From the NCBI GenBank assembly GCA_044892525.1, contig CM097885.1, forward strand, positions 61,194,001 through 61,258,000: a DNA stretch of 64,000 nt, in the 5' to 3' direction. Of the stretch, positions 36,801-51,800 are shown piece by piece. Position 1 is the stretch's first letter, and the number at the start of each line of letters is the position of its first letter. This DNA comes from Schmidtea polychroa (taxonomy: Eukaryota). The translations under genes and the position numbers were made by a program. The notes under the pieces were generated by a model. The model was not told the DNA's origin, did not search any database, and worked only from the letters and a program-made list of their open reading frames with translations.

Positions 36801-39800
36801 AATCGTTTCATCTGGGACGTATTCAATAACTCAATAAATATAATATTAAACATAAGCAATTTGAACAATTTATAGAAGTTTCTTCTCTTCAAACTAATTT
36901 TTTTTCTTCAATTATGGAAATAAATATAAACTATGCCATTATTTGCATAAGTTGATAAACTTATTTCATTTTCAATATCCGAAACAGAATTAAAAACTCG
37001 TTTTAAGAATTCAATTAATTTTATTCATAACAAGTCAGGAAAATTAATTATCACTAACAAGCAAAATCAACACTTGAAAAAGGTAGTGCCGAAAATTAAT
37101 GTTAAATTGGAAAAAATATTGATTTACAATCGATATCTAAATGAAAATGAATGAAATTCTAAAAACAAACAAGTTTCCAACTAGATAAATTATGGGTTTA
37201 ATACGTTCATCAATACGTTATTAAAATGACGTATTATTAAAATTCTTATTAAAATGACACGAAATTACCTGGAAATTATTATATTCGGAATTTGCTAAAC
37301 GGGATAATGGATTAATCTGAAACATATCCAACGCTGAAACAGCCATAGCTTTTCCAACATCTTCAAAATGATATGGAGTATATCGGGGAGCTAATAAAGT
37401 TGAAATCTCAGAACTAGGCGGAGATGTTCTGCCATTATCTTTGAGTACTTGAGGGATCTAAATTATTTATATTTTAATGAATAACGATCAATAATAAATA
37501 ACATTTCAAGGGTTTCCTAATGCAATTATCGATTAAAAAATACACGATGAATAAAATGCAGTCTATTTTTGAATTTGTAAACACAAACAAGCACATTGGG
37601 TTGATGTATGAAGGTTTAATGTACTAAAAGCTCTCAAATGAGTACGATGAACATTTACGAACTAAGAAATGAAAGCCACACATACACACACATCTTTTTG
37701 CAATCTTATGTGTACATGGCATTAACTGTTAAAAATTGCTTAAATTTAATCTGTATGTAGATTAAATAAAAGCGGGGTATTGGTAAAAGTTTTCAATTAG
37801 CAAAAAAGTCTCATCAGATGACTTATTGCTCCTTATTAACAGATGATTAACAGATGAGTTTTATCATGTTATTGATGAATATCAGATACCGACATGCTTT
37901 TCTTACAAAAGGTTTCCTAACAAACAAATGAAAAACAAATAATGTTTTATTATTCTTAATACATCAATATACTTGTAACTCGAATACACTGAACAATGAT
38001 AGCAGATAATGCTTTACAACAATGATATGTTTATACTTCAGTTTCCAATCAATGCTCATTGTTGGGAATAAAACCAGTGTATTCAATTTCTCGCTACTGA
38101 AATTATCGAAAATATCTTGCATTATTTTAATGCTTCGCTCGGCACATCAGTTGCTTCTTTCTATATTCGGTAAAACGAAATCTTCATTCGTCCAATGTAT
38201 CTCAAAACAATCGCGCGCCTTCTGTTGTTTTCCCAATCTCTTCGGTCTGAGAACCATGCATCACATCATGGGTTTGCAAGTGTTGGTCCTTGCGGGGCGA
38301 AAATGTGCGAGACACGCATGTGGCCGATTCAACAAAATCTCGATTTCCAATAACAATTTAGCCTGGCTGATATATATGTATGTAAATATTTAATTAATAA
38401 ACTGAACTTTGGACAAACAATACGTTATTAAATCAATATATTTGTTCGTCCTATCCTACATGAAGTATGGATATTTTTGTATTTCCCCAAAAATTATTTT
38501 AACTAAATAAGATGGCGGCGAAAGGTTTGGCAGCTATGTAACCAGGACCGACTCCGGAGAGCAATGAAACAGCATAATTCTTCAAAATGATTGTTGTGAA
38601 TATGTGACATTAAAATACCAGTTAAATAAATATTCAACGTGGATTCCTTCGTGCATTACTCATAGCTTACAGACTTTGAAAATGATTTGTGAGTTTTATC
38701 AACGTGGATGTCGCCACACCAGACAATGTTTTGTTCTACGAGTTATGGCTTGTCTTCTTGATATTCAAATTCTTGTTTAAGCGCTTTAAACCTTTCAATA
38801 ATTTCAGTCACCTTGGGATAACATACATGGGACTAGTTGTCACACCGCCAAATACAGAATCCATTCAGTGTTTCAAAATTCGATCTAATACATTCCATTT
38901 AAAAAAAACATTCATTTTTTAAAATAATGTTGGCGGGAATCGTTTTTGAAGCATTTTTTAAAACCAACATTATATTTAGGGCTCTCATTGCAAGCTCATC
39001 TATTCCAAGTATGTAAATTAAAATTAAAGACAATTAAATTTGAACATTAATAATATAGCAGAGGCCATTTTTTAACGACGAATTATTTTTTGTCGATTAA
39101 GAGAAAAAATCAAAATAATCATTTGTTATTTTTGTTTTTCACGTTTAACATTCTCAAAATAATTTTTTTGAGTAAGTAATATGACAATGTGTTATGAACC
39201 CATATTTAATACAACCTCACTATTTTCAAGATGACATTTTTGACACCAAAAACCACCCTTTAACAGAGCACCACAGCATCCTTTAAAACTACACAAAGTT
39301 GTCAACTCTACCACATTTTGAACTCTGAAAGAAAAGAAAATATACTCAAAATGTTAACCAAGATTAATTTTGAATGGCTATGGACAATACGAAGTTTTGC
39401 AATTTATAACTATGAAAAAAATTGCTTTTAACCAAATCCGAGAATGAAAATAATAAAATTTATGGTTCAAATAAAATCTATTCATGATGGAAGTGTTCCA
39501 TATCGTTCGGAACAATTTCTTAAAATACACATTCAACTAGGGTTTGCAATCAAGTACCCGAGTACTCGAATACCCGCCATTTTCGGTAGTTGCACGGGTA
39601 ATTTAATACCCGGGTAATTCGAATCGAGTACCCGGGATTCAAAATTCGGTTAAATTATTTAAAAAAATATCTAAATCACTATATGAAAATTCCGAAATTT
39701 AAAGTTTAACTAAAATGAGTATTATTGCTTATAGGGATTTTAAGAAATGTTGACAATATTGGGTAGTATTGCAATAGCAATACTGAGTTAAAATCAGCTG

Positions 39801-42800
39801 ATTTTTATTTATATTGATTTCAGTTTTCAAATGTAAATCGGTTTAATTCACTAGTCAAATCTTAATTCATTTAAAACTATATTTATTTTACTTTATGTAT
39901 GCTCTTTTCTATAAATAATAAATAAATTATTTTTTACAGAAAGTTATATATTTTTTTTAGTTTTATTTACCCGTTGCTAAAATGAGCAAACGAAAGTCTG
40001 AAGCATGGAATCATTTTCAAAAAATAGATAAAGGCGAAGCTAAATGCTATGATTGCGGAGCACGACTAAGTTGTAAGGGGGGAAATACTACTGGTTTAAT
40101 TAACCATCTAAAACTTCACAGAATTTTTATTAATGCAAGCAACTTTGATGAATTAAATTCTGAGGCTTCAACATCTAAACAAAATAAGTCATCTAATTCA
40201 TTAATTACGAATTTCATAAAAAAGGAAAGTTTGAATGAAATTTTATCAAAATGCGCAGCCAAGGATGGATTTTCGTTCAATGCCATTGTTCATTCTGATG
40301 CAATTAGAGGATATGTTGCGAGCCGCCATTATAATATACCGAGAGGCTGCAATATAGTTCGCAAGAATATATTAGATTTTTTTGAGGGAAAAAAAGTTGA
40401 AACAAAAAACGAATTACAGAAATTATTAAGTTTGAAGAAGAAATTTAGTATTTCCGTTGATGAGTGGACAGACGTTTCAATGCGGAGATATTTGAATGTT
40501 AATTTACGGTCATCGAATTTGCAACAGTTTGCTCTTTGCTTAGTAACAATCACAGAAAAGTGTACAGCTGAAAAAACCAAAGAATTGGTGGAAAATATTT
40601 TGAGAGAATTTGGTGTAAGTCTAAGGAAAGATATTGTTGCTTCAACAAATGATGGTGCCAGAGTGATGGTAAAATACTGTTCACTTATTACCGCTGAGAA
40701 ACAGCTATGTTATAACCATGCTGTACATTTGGCTGTACTTAAAGTTATATATAAAAAGATTAATTCAGATGATATTGCAAATGTTGAAAAAGATGATGAG
40801 GATGAGCTTTTCTGTGGAGACGAAGGAGATGACCAAGAAGATGACGAAAATTTAGTAATTGTAGAAGATTCACAAAATCATGTCTTAATTTCAGATATTA
40901 AACCAGCATTATACGAAATGAGAAAAATGATTAAATTTCTCAGAAATTCATCAATACGAACAGAAATTTTATTAAAACATGTACGACAACAAGAAGTACA
41001 TGAACTAAAATTGATATTAGATGTACCAACACGTTGGAACTCATTGGCTCAATCTATAAATAGATTCTTAAAACTAATTAATTGCATAAATAATGCATTA
41101 GATGAACTTGGTTTCCAATGTTTATGTTAGTGTTTTAAAAAATGTGTCAACTACACTTGAGCCAACCATGTTAGCTGTAGAACAACTGAGTAAAGACAGT
41201 ACTAATTTATTGACAGCAGAAGGTACAATGTTATACGTTTTCCAAAGATTGAAGAAAATTAATACAGAATTTTCGCTGAATTTATTTGAAATATTGAAGA
41301 TTGAAATTGAGAAACGTAGAAATAAAGAATTAATATCATTACAATTATTCTTACACCATGGTACTTTTCCAAAACAAAATGAAAATGATTTTTTAAACTA
41401 TTCTTCAAAATTTATTACAAAGAATTTTGCAAAACAAATGTTTCACAGGCTGTTTTTAGAAGAGGGAAGTAATCAAAGTGAAATTGATGAAGAGTCAGAA
41501 ATTGAAATAGAGGATGATGAACGTATAGAAGCTGAACACTACAATTTACAAAAAAGTATCGAATCTATAAGAAAATTAAAACATCATAAATCTAGTTTTA
41601 ATATTGACAAAGAATTCAAATTTATTGAGGGAAACGATGGCAAAAGAAGTAGCAATATGAATAATTTATATGAAGCTCTATTGTCAATAAGCTGAACATC
41701 AACATCATCTGAGAGGGTATTTTCAGTTGCTAGTAATACTATTAATAAAGTACGCAATAGATTAGGCACAGATACTGTTAACGCATTGGTATTTTTAAAA
41801 TATTATTTTAATAAAAATAATTAGTTATTTTTGTAGTTATTTTTGTATTTATACTTATGTATTGTGAAATTTCACTATTAATTTTTTCTTTATTTTTTGT
41901 TGAATAAATGAATTTTTTGTTTTTGTTTATATTAATTAAAAATTAGTTCTTTACTTTGTTTTTATTCATAAAATAATTTTTTTTCGAGTACCCGAGTACC
42001 CGGGTATTTAAACAAAATAATACTCGATTACCCGGGTATTAAGATTTCGGATAATTTGCAAACCCTACATTCAACCAACATTTCTTAAAAGGTGTGCACA
42101 GATAATTTTAGAATTGTGCATGCGTGTAAAATTTTTATTTTGAAAAATAAAAATATCAAGTTTCAAAATATAGGTGAATAAATTTTTTTAAGAAAAACCT
42201 TTAGGGGAACGTTGCTCCCAATATACTTCCAGAAATCATAAATAAGTGAAAATATTAAATTCTACAATTTACATAAAATGTATTGTACATTTTGAATAAT
42301 CATAGAATTTGATCAAGGACCTCCAGATTTAGTCTCGACACAAGATTATAAAAACATATATTCATGTTTGATTGATTTGTAAACAATAGGGTGTAAATTT
42401 ATGGAGTCTATAAGGAAAAAACATCACAAATAATATCTCAATTAATAATCTCGACCATATTTCTCAATACATTAAAATGCAATTCACAAATTGTGATCTT
42501 CACTTAATGAGATCTTGTTCATTTCGACCATATTTCAATTGAACAATTTGATTCTTTTCGACTGTCAAGGGCACTCAATTGAGATTTCAATATTGTCACA
42601 TTTCACTATAAATATATCAGATATCTCTCAAATCAACATTTGACATTCAATTAACCATGAAATTTCTAATACTAGCAAGTATTGTTTGTGTGGTTTTGAT
42701 TGTCACTGACGAAACAGAGTCGACGGCTGATGTGAAAAATGAAAAATAGACCAAGGACAAGTATGAAAAACCAAAAGGAAAATCCAACGCAATTATTCTA

Positions 42801-45800
42801 AAACCGGAACAAAAAAAATTTTGAAATCGAAATTATATTCTGGAAGGATGTTGAATATATACATATTTATTATAAGAACTTTTTTCAATTTTCACCTCTG
42901 ATTTATTTTCAATTGACATTGTATTTATAAAAAAAACATCGATCTCTTTAATATTTTAGTATACCATTTGCCAGTCTATTTCGTGTTTTTGCCAATCAGC
43001 GCCGTGCTGTAACTTTTGGGGGCCCTGTGCAGAAACTAAAAATTTTTTTTTTTTAAATTTGAATTAATTTTTTATTGATTGTATTTAAAAAAATAATAGC
43101 AATTATAAAGTAATTTTTCTAGCTCTTTTGCTGGCAAATTCATCAATTATGTCATTGTAATCAATTGTTCTGGCTGTTGCATTTTCAATTGACAGTATTG
43201 CTAATCCAGAAAGTCTTTCCTGCGACATAGCAGACCGTAGATAATTTTCAATTAATTTTAATTTTGAAAACGATCGTTCACAATGAGCAACTGTAATAGG
43301 TATTGTTAAAATTATTCGATATACGATACATACATTTGGATATAATTCTTCCAAATTCCTTTCTAAAATGAATTGAAAATTCTGCATAATAGTATAATTA
43401 TCTTCTAAAATATATTTTAAAATAGAAAGTTCATTTTTAAATTCCACTTCTTCAATATCTCCTTCTAAGTGCTTGACCAGATTTGTACAATTAGCATTGA
43501 ATTCATTTGTATTCATAGTTTTTAGCTTCTTATTATCGAAAAGAAAACCGAAATTTTCATTTAAAGAATTATACGATTCAAATCGTTCTTGCAATGAATC
43601 TTTTACAATATCGATTAATTTATAAAAATAAGAGTGTTTAAATTTATCTTCAGCAGTTATAGTTAGATGGTTACACTCATCATCAATTTCAGGAATGAGA
43701 TCATATATAATAACAGTAGTCAGCCAATCTTTTGAGATTACGTACTCTCCGTTTTGGTAATGGTAAACTAGGTTCTGGTGATTTATCAAGACATTCATTG
43801 TTTCTACTTGTTAATATTTGCGTATCACGAGAAGGCCGTTCAGTGAACTGTGCTATTGCAGTTATAGCAACCGATGACTCCCGGGCTTCTTTTATAATTT
43901 CTTCGAAATTGTTTTTAAAATCATCAAGCGATAACAGCATAGCACTTGTATGTTGTAATGCAATATTAATTGCCATATCTTTTCGCTGAAGCAATTGGCT
44001 AAAAATGTGAAGCTTTGATAACAAGTGATACCAAATTGTTGTTAATACAATAAATTCATAAGAATTTATTTGTTTTATTAAAGATGCAGCAAGAGTTTTA
44101 CAATCTGGGTAGGTATTTTTAAGTTCATCTAGCGCAAGACTAATTTCTTTAATCTGGCATTTCACGGCTTTTATACTTTTAAAGCGATATTCCCATCGAG
44201 TATCGCTGGGCGCCTTCAGATTAATTTTTAAATATTTTACTTGAATAGCCCATCGCTTTGTCGATGCAGCAAAAATCTTATATATATTATTTAATGTAGT
44301 GAAATAATTCTGACTTTTAATAGTGTTTTTTACACTATCTCCTATTACTAAATTGATGTTGTGTCCACCACATGGTGTATACCATGCTTTATTGTTGATT
44401 TCTAAAATTCGACTTTTCACTCCCTTATATTCTACTTTCATATTGCTTGCGTTGTCATACGACTGACCACGGCAATCAGCAATTTTGATTCCCAATACTC
44501 TTAATTCCTCAATAAGGACATTTGCTAAATTTTCGCCAGTTGAGAACAATATATTTACAAAACTTAAGAAACTTTCTTGAATACTTGGCTTTTGGTCCGT
44601 TATTTTAACATACCGAATAATGATGGACAACTGATCTTTTTTGCGAAAATCCGGTGTTGAATCTATCATAACTGAAAAGTACTTTGATGATTTAATATTA
44701 TTTACTATTATATGTAAAACTTTAGAAGCTAGTTGTAATATAATCTCGTTTTGAATTTTAGCGGAAAAATATGACGTCACTCTTTTTTCCGTTTCAGTTA
44801 TTGATTTTAAATGCATTTTTAGTTCTGGAACAAAATCAGAAAGTAATTCAATTACTCCCAAAAAATTACCATTATTCGGTTCAAAAAGGTTTTCGTTGCT
44901 GCCTCTAAAAGCTAAATTTCGTTCACTTAAAAACAATACCGCTTTTATAATACATTTCAAAATTATTCGCCACCTTCGTTTTTCTTTATTGAACACATCT
45001 TCATTGAGATGGTCTATTCCTGTTCTACGTTTAATATTAAATTCTAGAATTCGCCATTTATACGCTGATTCAAGATGTTCCTTTGAAGATTCATGTTCAG
45101 ATAACCGTTTTCCTGTGTGTGCATAGTCAGAAAATCCGCCATAAGTTAAGCTTATTTTTATCGATGAAAACAAACGGCAACAAAAGCAGAAAATGTTTCC
45201 TGTTGAGTTAGAATATAGAAGCCATTTTCTTAATTCTTTTTCACCATTTTTCATTTGCCGATAAAAAAAAGCGTCACTGAAACATCTTCCTTGAGAATTT
45301 CTTTTATAATGGATACCTTCTATACATTTTGGTGACTGCTCGACCAAAAACATCCGTTGTTTGTTGTCGATTTCAACAGGCCAAGTTGCAGGATCTAATA
45401 TATCATATTTAAATTTAGCAGATAAAGTACTGCTCTCTATTTGTGGATTATTAGTAATTTCTGAAATATTATCAGATAAAATATCGTCAATATTTACGCA
45501 ATTGGTTCCTGATTCATCATATACATTCTCGCTCTGATTATCATCAATATTTTGAAGTTGTGGCTCATTGACATTTTCTTCTACATTGTTTTCAAGTTGA
45601 GACATACTATTTGAATTACATATTTCAATTAAATTAGTGTTCGAAATTGATGAACTTTCGCCTCGTTTAAAAAATTTATCTAATGATCCAGCAAGCCTAT
45701 TTAATTCTGATGATTTCCGGACCTGTTTTGCTCTTTTTTGTGCGCCGCTTTCATAACATCTTTTCGACATTTCTAATTGAGGTGAAAAAATTTACAAAAA

Positions 45801-48800
45801 CAACAGTTTACCTGATGTATTTCTTCTATAAATTTGAATGTATGTATATGTTTTCAAACTATGTTCGTTAACACAAATTTAATTTGAAAAGTGAAAATTA
45901 CAATTTATTAAATATATAAACGAATCGTTAAACCTAAAATTAAAATAAAACTTATTTCTGTTTATAACTTTGAAATAATATTACTTTTCACTAATAAGAC
46001 GATATAATAAACAAACAGAAGATAACAATTTGAAGCAAAAAACAACTGAATTATTAGGTATATTTGTTTCAAATTAAATCGTTGCCAACTAGATTTTTTT
46101 GAAAGTTAAACGAATTTTGAATTTTCAAATTTTTTTTTTCTTTCAATTCGTAGTAATTTATGGTATTGGAGAAGTTTTTCTAATGTATTTAATATTTGGG
46201 GCCCCTCAAAAATAGGGGGCCCAGTGCGATTGCACTTGTTGCACTTGCGATAGTACGGCGCTGTTGCCAATGAATTTCGTTTTTTCATAAATATAAATAA
46301 AAGTATTTCTTTTAAATAAATAATAAAAATTAAACAATTAAATTTTGTTTTTTATATAATATTAAATTAATTATGTTGCATTTTTTATTTTGAATTTCAG
46401 TATATCTTAATCATCGTTAAATAACCCATATGTCTGAAAATAGAAGAAATATTGAAAAAAACAAATCTGTAACTTATGATAAAATTGCTAATGCTTCTAG
46501 ACAGAATTTAATTCGTTTTGTCTTCGAACAAGGCTACGGTGTTAAAGATGCAGCTGCTATTGTTCAAATTAAATATTCAACTGCTTTGTCAATTGTTAAA
46601 AATTATAAAGAAAATAATAGCTATGCACCAAGGAAAAAAAGGCGGAAGCGTTAAGTCAGTTATTACGCAAGAAGTAAAATTATTTATAGAAAATGAAGTC
46701 TCATTAAATCCAGCAATTAGTTTGAAAGAGCTTAAATTAAAGACAGAAAGTTAAATTGGAACATATTTTACAATTTCAATTTCTAGCATTAACAGATGCT
46801 TGCAAGAATTAGAGATTACAATGAAAATGGCTCATCGGGAGCTTGATATCGTTAATCATCCTGATAAAATTCCATTACGAAAAAATTATGCATTGTGGTT
46901 CAATAACCATTTTAATAACGATTATTCTCGTGTAAATTTTATAGATGAATCTTCGTTTAATCTTCATCTCAAACGATCTGTTGCAAGATCACCGAGAGGT
47001 ACTAGAGCAATTTTAAGAGTACCAAATATTAGAGGCAGATCAATTTCTTTGATTGCTAGCATGTCAATCAATGACATGTCAATGTCATATTGCAAAACCA
47101 TTTTAAATTCAACAGTGAATGGTGATATATTTTGTGAATATTTAACAGAGTTATGTATTTATTTGAGAGATGTTGGTCATATATCAAATGCATGCCTTAT
47201 TCTAGATAATGCTACAGTTCACAAGAGAGTTGATTTGGAAAGAATTACTTCTGAGTTTAATTTTGAATTTAATTTTCTTTCACCTTATTCTTACATGCTA
47301 AACCCAATTGAAAACGCATTTTCAAAAATTAAAAATGAGGTTCAATCACGCTTGCGCAGCGGGGTTACAGAAACACTTGCGAATATTATGCTTGAAGAAA
47401 CTAATAAAGTTACATCAAATGATTGCATTGGATTTTTTAATCATATTCAGCATAATATTACAAATGCGGCTGCCGGATTAGAATACCGTATATTTCGGCG
47501 TATAAGGCGACCGTCAGATAAGACGAGGTACAAAATTAGAGCAAATTTTTTTGATTTATCATATATCGGTTGTAGTAGTATAAATACAACTAGTATAAAT
47601 ACAACTACCTGTACTGTAATACTTTCTTTTATATCGGTTGTATAAGACGACCCACAATTTTCAAGGGTGATTTTTTGACTTTAAGGGTCGTCTTATACGC
47701 CGAAATATACGGTATATACATTATTAAATATATTTTTTTATTTTTTTAGTTATTGATTTTCTTATATTAATTATTTTTTAAGCTTATTATTTCAATTAAA
47801 TTTCTTTTATTTTTGAGAAAACGAAATTCATTGGCAAAAACACGAAATAGACTGGCAAATGGTATAAATACAATTGCAATTGAAAAGAAATCAGTGGTGA
47901 AAATTGAAAAAAGTTCTTATTGATTCTTTATGATTTAATAAGCATTAATTCTCACCACATTAACCATTCTACCAGTATTATAATTACACTCGAGAGTGTA
48001 GCTGTGAACTATACCCAAGTGTTTCCAAATTGCAACTCGACCAGCTCCTTCTTTCGAACTGCCATCTCGCTTATCGCGTGTGTACATATTCTTGAGACTG
48101 AAATTACACCCTGAAAAATCAAAATGAGGACTATTCAGAGAAATTAATTTCGGATATAACAAATTCGAAATCATTTCTGTTTCTGAATCCAAGCAATTTC
48201 CATAAATAAAACAACCGCGTTTGGAGCAATGTCCGTGCAAGTCCACATAAAAAGCTATTCCGCTTTTATGCGGTGATATATTCGATAAAGATGAATCGGA
48301 CAAATGAGCACTGTATTTAATAAGGCATTCATTATTTGGGAGATCTTTATCAGATTCTTCATCTGATCCTTCGTTTCCTATTTTCGGTTCGGTTTTAAAA
48401 TTGTTTCTCATTTGCAGTTCCTTTTTCATTTTCGACAGCTGAGCTGAACTTAAAGTTATTTTGTTAATTTTTTTCGAAGAAAACTTCATAGAAACTATTG
48501 CAGGTCTCAGAGGAAGAGGAATCATTGAAGTGCTTAATTTTTTAAAAGGTTTCGACAGTTGCTGAAGTGAGTTTATTTCGGGAGATATTTTGAAATTTTT
48601 TAAATTCCACTGATGCTCAGTTGTTGGTTTTGTTATTGAATCATTGGATTTAGACAACGAGTTCGAGCGTTTCGCCGCTATCTGTGCTAATTTGTACACG
48701 GATTTCATGCTATGAACTGGTGAATCTTTGACTTGATTTGAAAGATTTTGTGGTTCAATTGATGGAATGTCACTTTCAAAGTTTGAAATACGAGATTCAT

Positions 48801-51800
48801 TTTCGGTTTTTGAATCTACAAGATTGTTACAAAAAGGTCTGTTTGGCAAGATATCCGCTGTTGAATTTTCCACATCAATTGTTACTTCGAGATAATCATT
48901 ATGCAATCCGGATTCATCTTGACATATTTCGTTATTCTAAAAGAATTATTAATTAACGACAAAATCCATCAATTAAATTATGAATATTTAACTGAACTCC
49001 ATAAGGAATTCGAAACAGNNNNNNNNNNNNNNNNNNNNNNNNNNNNNNNNNNNNNNNNNNNNNNNNNNNNNNNNNNNNNNNNNNNNNNNNNNNNNNNNNN
49101 NNNNNNNNNNNNNNNNNNNNNNNNNNNNNNNNNNNNNNNNNNNNNNNNNNNNNNNNNNNNNNNNNNNNNNNNNTGATACCCAGTGCAAATCCCAATAGTA
49201 GACTAGTTTCAAGCTTTTGGCCCTCATCAGTACTATGCAGGAGACGCGAACAAATTGTAGAAAATTTTAAAATTGAAGAAATTTAACTACTCATGTACAT
49301 GCATTCAGTTTAACTACTTATTTAGCTATTTTAACCATTTGTATTTAGCCAATTTAGAAATGGCTTTCACGTAATTTTTTTTTATTTAAAGTAAACTTTA
49401 AGGCTTGAATATTGATCCATATAGATATGAGATCATTATTCAAGCTCTTAAATAATACTTTTGATCAACATTTTTTATTATAAATTATTTTTAATTAATT
49501 TGTCAGGAGTTTTAGATGTTATTATTATTTAGAATTATTTCAATATAATGTGTTTTATTATTATTTTATTAAGTAATTAAGTAACAAATACAATTTATTA
49601 ATCGCCAAAAATATCAATTTTTTTACAGCATTTAGAGGAAAACGGTAGATGTATTGAAAATAGTTTTTTAAATTTTTATATTCGTCTTTTTTCAGCTCAC
49701 TTTCCAGGCCTCAGTAATTAAATCAAACCTCCTTTCGAATGACATCGTACTGAAGCCAGTTGCTCTTGATATTGTTTTCCTTATGCTGCATTTTACCTTG
49801 TATCCGGTATCATTCAGTTTAGAAGTTAATTCATTTATAAAAAGTTGGTAGGTATCCTTTTTGTAGGATCCTACAATTAATTTTTGATGTACTGGCCCTT
49901 TGACACCAATAGCTAGAACCAGTGAAATATTTGGCCCTCGGTTACTTGCCACTGTTGCGTAAATACCCTCACCTTTCTTCTTAATGTTTGGCTTGTCCAA
50001 GTGTTGAAGCTACATTCATCAATGTATATCAATTTGCTTCTTGGAACCATGTCAAATATTCCATTCTTTTTTCTAGGACGCGATCTGAATTTCGTGCAGC
50101 TACACATGGTCGGATTTTTTTTACTGAAATTAAACTAAAAATCTGCAAATTGTTGCATCATGTAATTGCACATTTCTTAAAGTGATGCATAGAAGTTTTC
50201 TTTCACATAATCTAGCAATTGATTTCCATGTATTTCGGAAATTTTTTGATTTCTGCCATCTCGTCTTCCTGTGGATATTTCTGCAAATTTTTTATATTTA
50301 TAAATTATATTTCTGATTGATTCTTCGCGAATTCCTAATAATCGCCCGAAATTATAAAAATCTTCCCGTTTTCCATTGCATTGACTAACCGGATTTTGTC
50401 AAGTTCTGAAAGTCTATAGAAATATTATTTTTAAATTTAGGTTAATAAAATTTACGATTTTCTAGTTTTATTCCCAACATCGGACGGCAAAGTTGAGAAA
50501 TACTAAAAAACTATTAAATTTATTAATAATTTAAGATAAATCTTAGGAAATAATGTCTTCATTATCTATAGAACTCAAAGTTCAGTTTTCGGAATTTTTG
50601 TTAAAAATTTTTTCATTGATTTTTTTCTAAAAAATTCTAAAATTGTCTGTAAATGATTTATTATAGTGCGTTTATTCATCACAACGAATATATATATCGA
50701 AAATTTTCAATGCATTTTTTACTATGTGTTGTTTTTGTGTCAGTTTATTTTTTCTACCACTTTCTCACTTTCTATATTAAATGCGTTTATTCATTGCAAC
50801 AATAAAGATCAACACACAGGTAAGTTTGTATGTTTATATAATATACACATTGACTTTTTTAATATTATAGATGCGTTTATTCAGTACAAACGGGTTATTA
50901 ATTATTTCTTTATAAAAAACTTATTGCCAGAAAACTGTCAATTTTATTCAAAAAACTTAATGATAAATGCTTCAAAGTTGTAAATCAGATTTCAGGAGTT
51001 AAAGCAGATATGATCAACAACTCCAAGACTGCCAAAACTTTGTAATAATCCATAAAATTTTATTGATTTATTTTTGTAAAAAATAAGACCAAGTTTGTTA
51101 ATGAAATATTTATTTAACCGCAAAATCTGCCGTTGCCATAATTAATAAAAAGATGATTTACTCAATAAATGATTCCCCGACGTTTGATCCCGCGAAAATT
51201 TTGGCTCATCTTGTTTGATAGTACCAATACTCATATTCACTACATCATTCGACATATCAGTCAATTTATATTCATTCATATTACGATCCTTAGCATTATT
51301 CATACATTTATTAAGAGTCTCTTTTAACGTTAACAATAAAAAACCGTTTTGAGTAGCCATTCTTCACCAGTAATTCAACTAATTTATCTACACTTTTTAC
51401 TGAATTTTTAAAAGTGGAGGATAAGCACCATGATCGATAAACCAATCTTTTCACCATGTTTCTTTTATATTTAAATTCACAAAAACTCTGGGGTAGTATA
51501 GAGGCCGGTATCTGCTGGTTTTCTGTAAATTTCTGTCCCAAATTGTTCATATTTACGTTTAATTAACAAGTCAAGAAATGCTATGGATGAATCCTTCTCA
51601 GTTTCACATGTGAATTTATTGTTCTTATGCAATTTATTCATGTAATGCAAAAAAGGTTTCATATGTTCCTTATTTTTAAATATCAGAAAAATAACATCAA
51701 CATACCTTTTATACACAATTGCTTTTTCATATTGAAAAGAAGTAATTTTTATTTGTAAACATGCCAAAAATATTGACGCCATTGTTGGTGTTAAGGGGTG

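Larger units (their letters stand above)
42962..47864 (+). mobile_element. IS630/Tc1-like DD34E transposon hosting two later insertions
   Basis: TIR TACCATTTGCCAGTCTATTTCGTGTTTTTGCCAATGAATTTCG (left copy split by the hAT), TA TSDs. Transposase from 46430 with a frameshift and a stop; FIDESSF, LDNATVH, 34-residue spacer to NPIE. Confidence 0.92.

Noticed and set aside
37780-37825. CTGATGA...GAAA string (minus)
   Set aside because: Stems cannot be formed.
38020-38930. Fragments such as [11 protein letters not shown] and a YY1-like AAGATGGCGGC
   Set aside because: Probably an old transposase relic, but too degenerate to classify; the ATG opens only a 9-codon frame.
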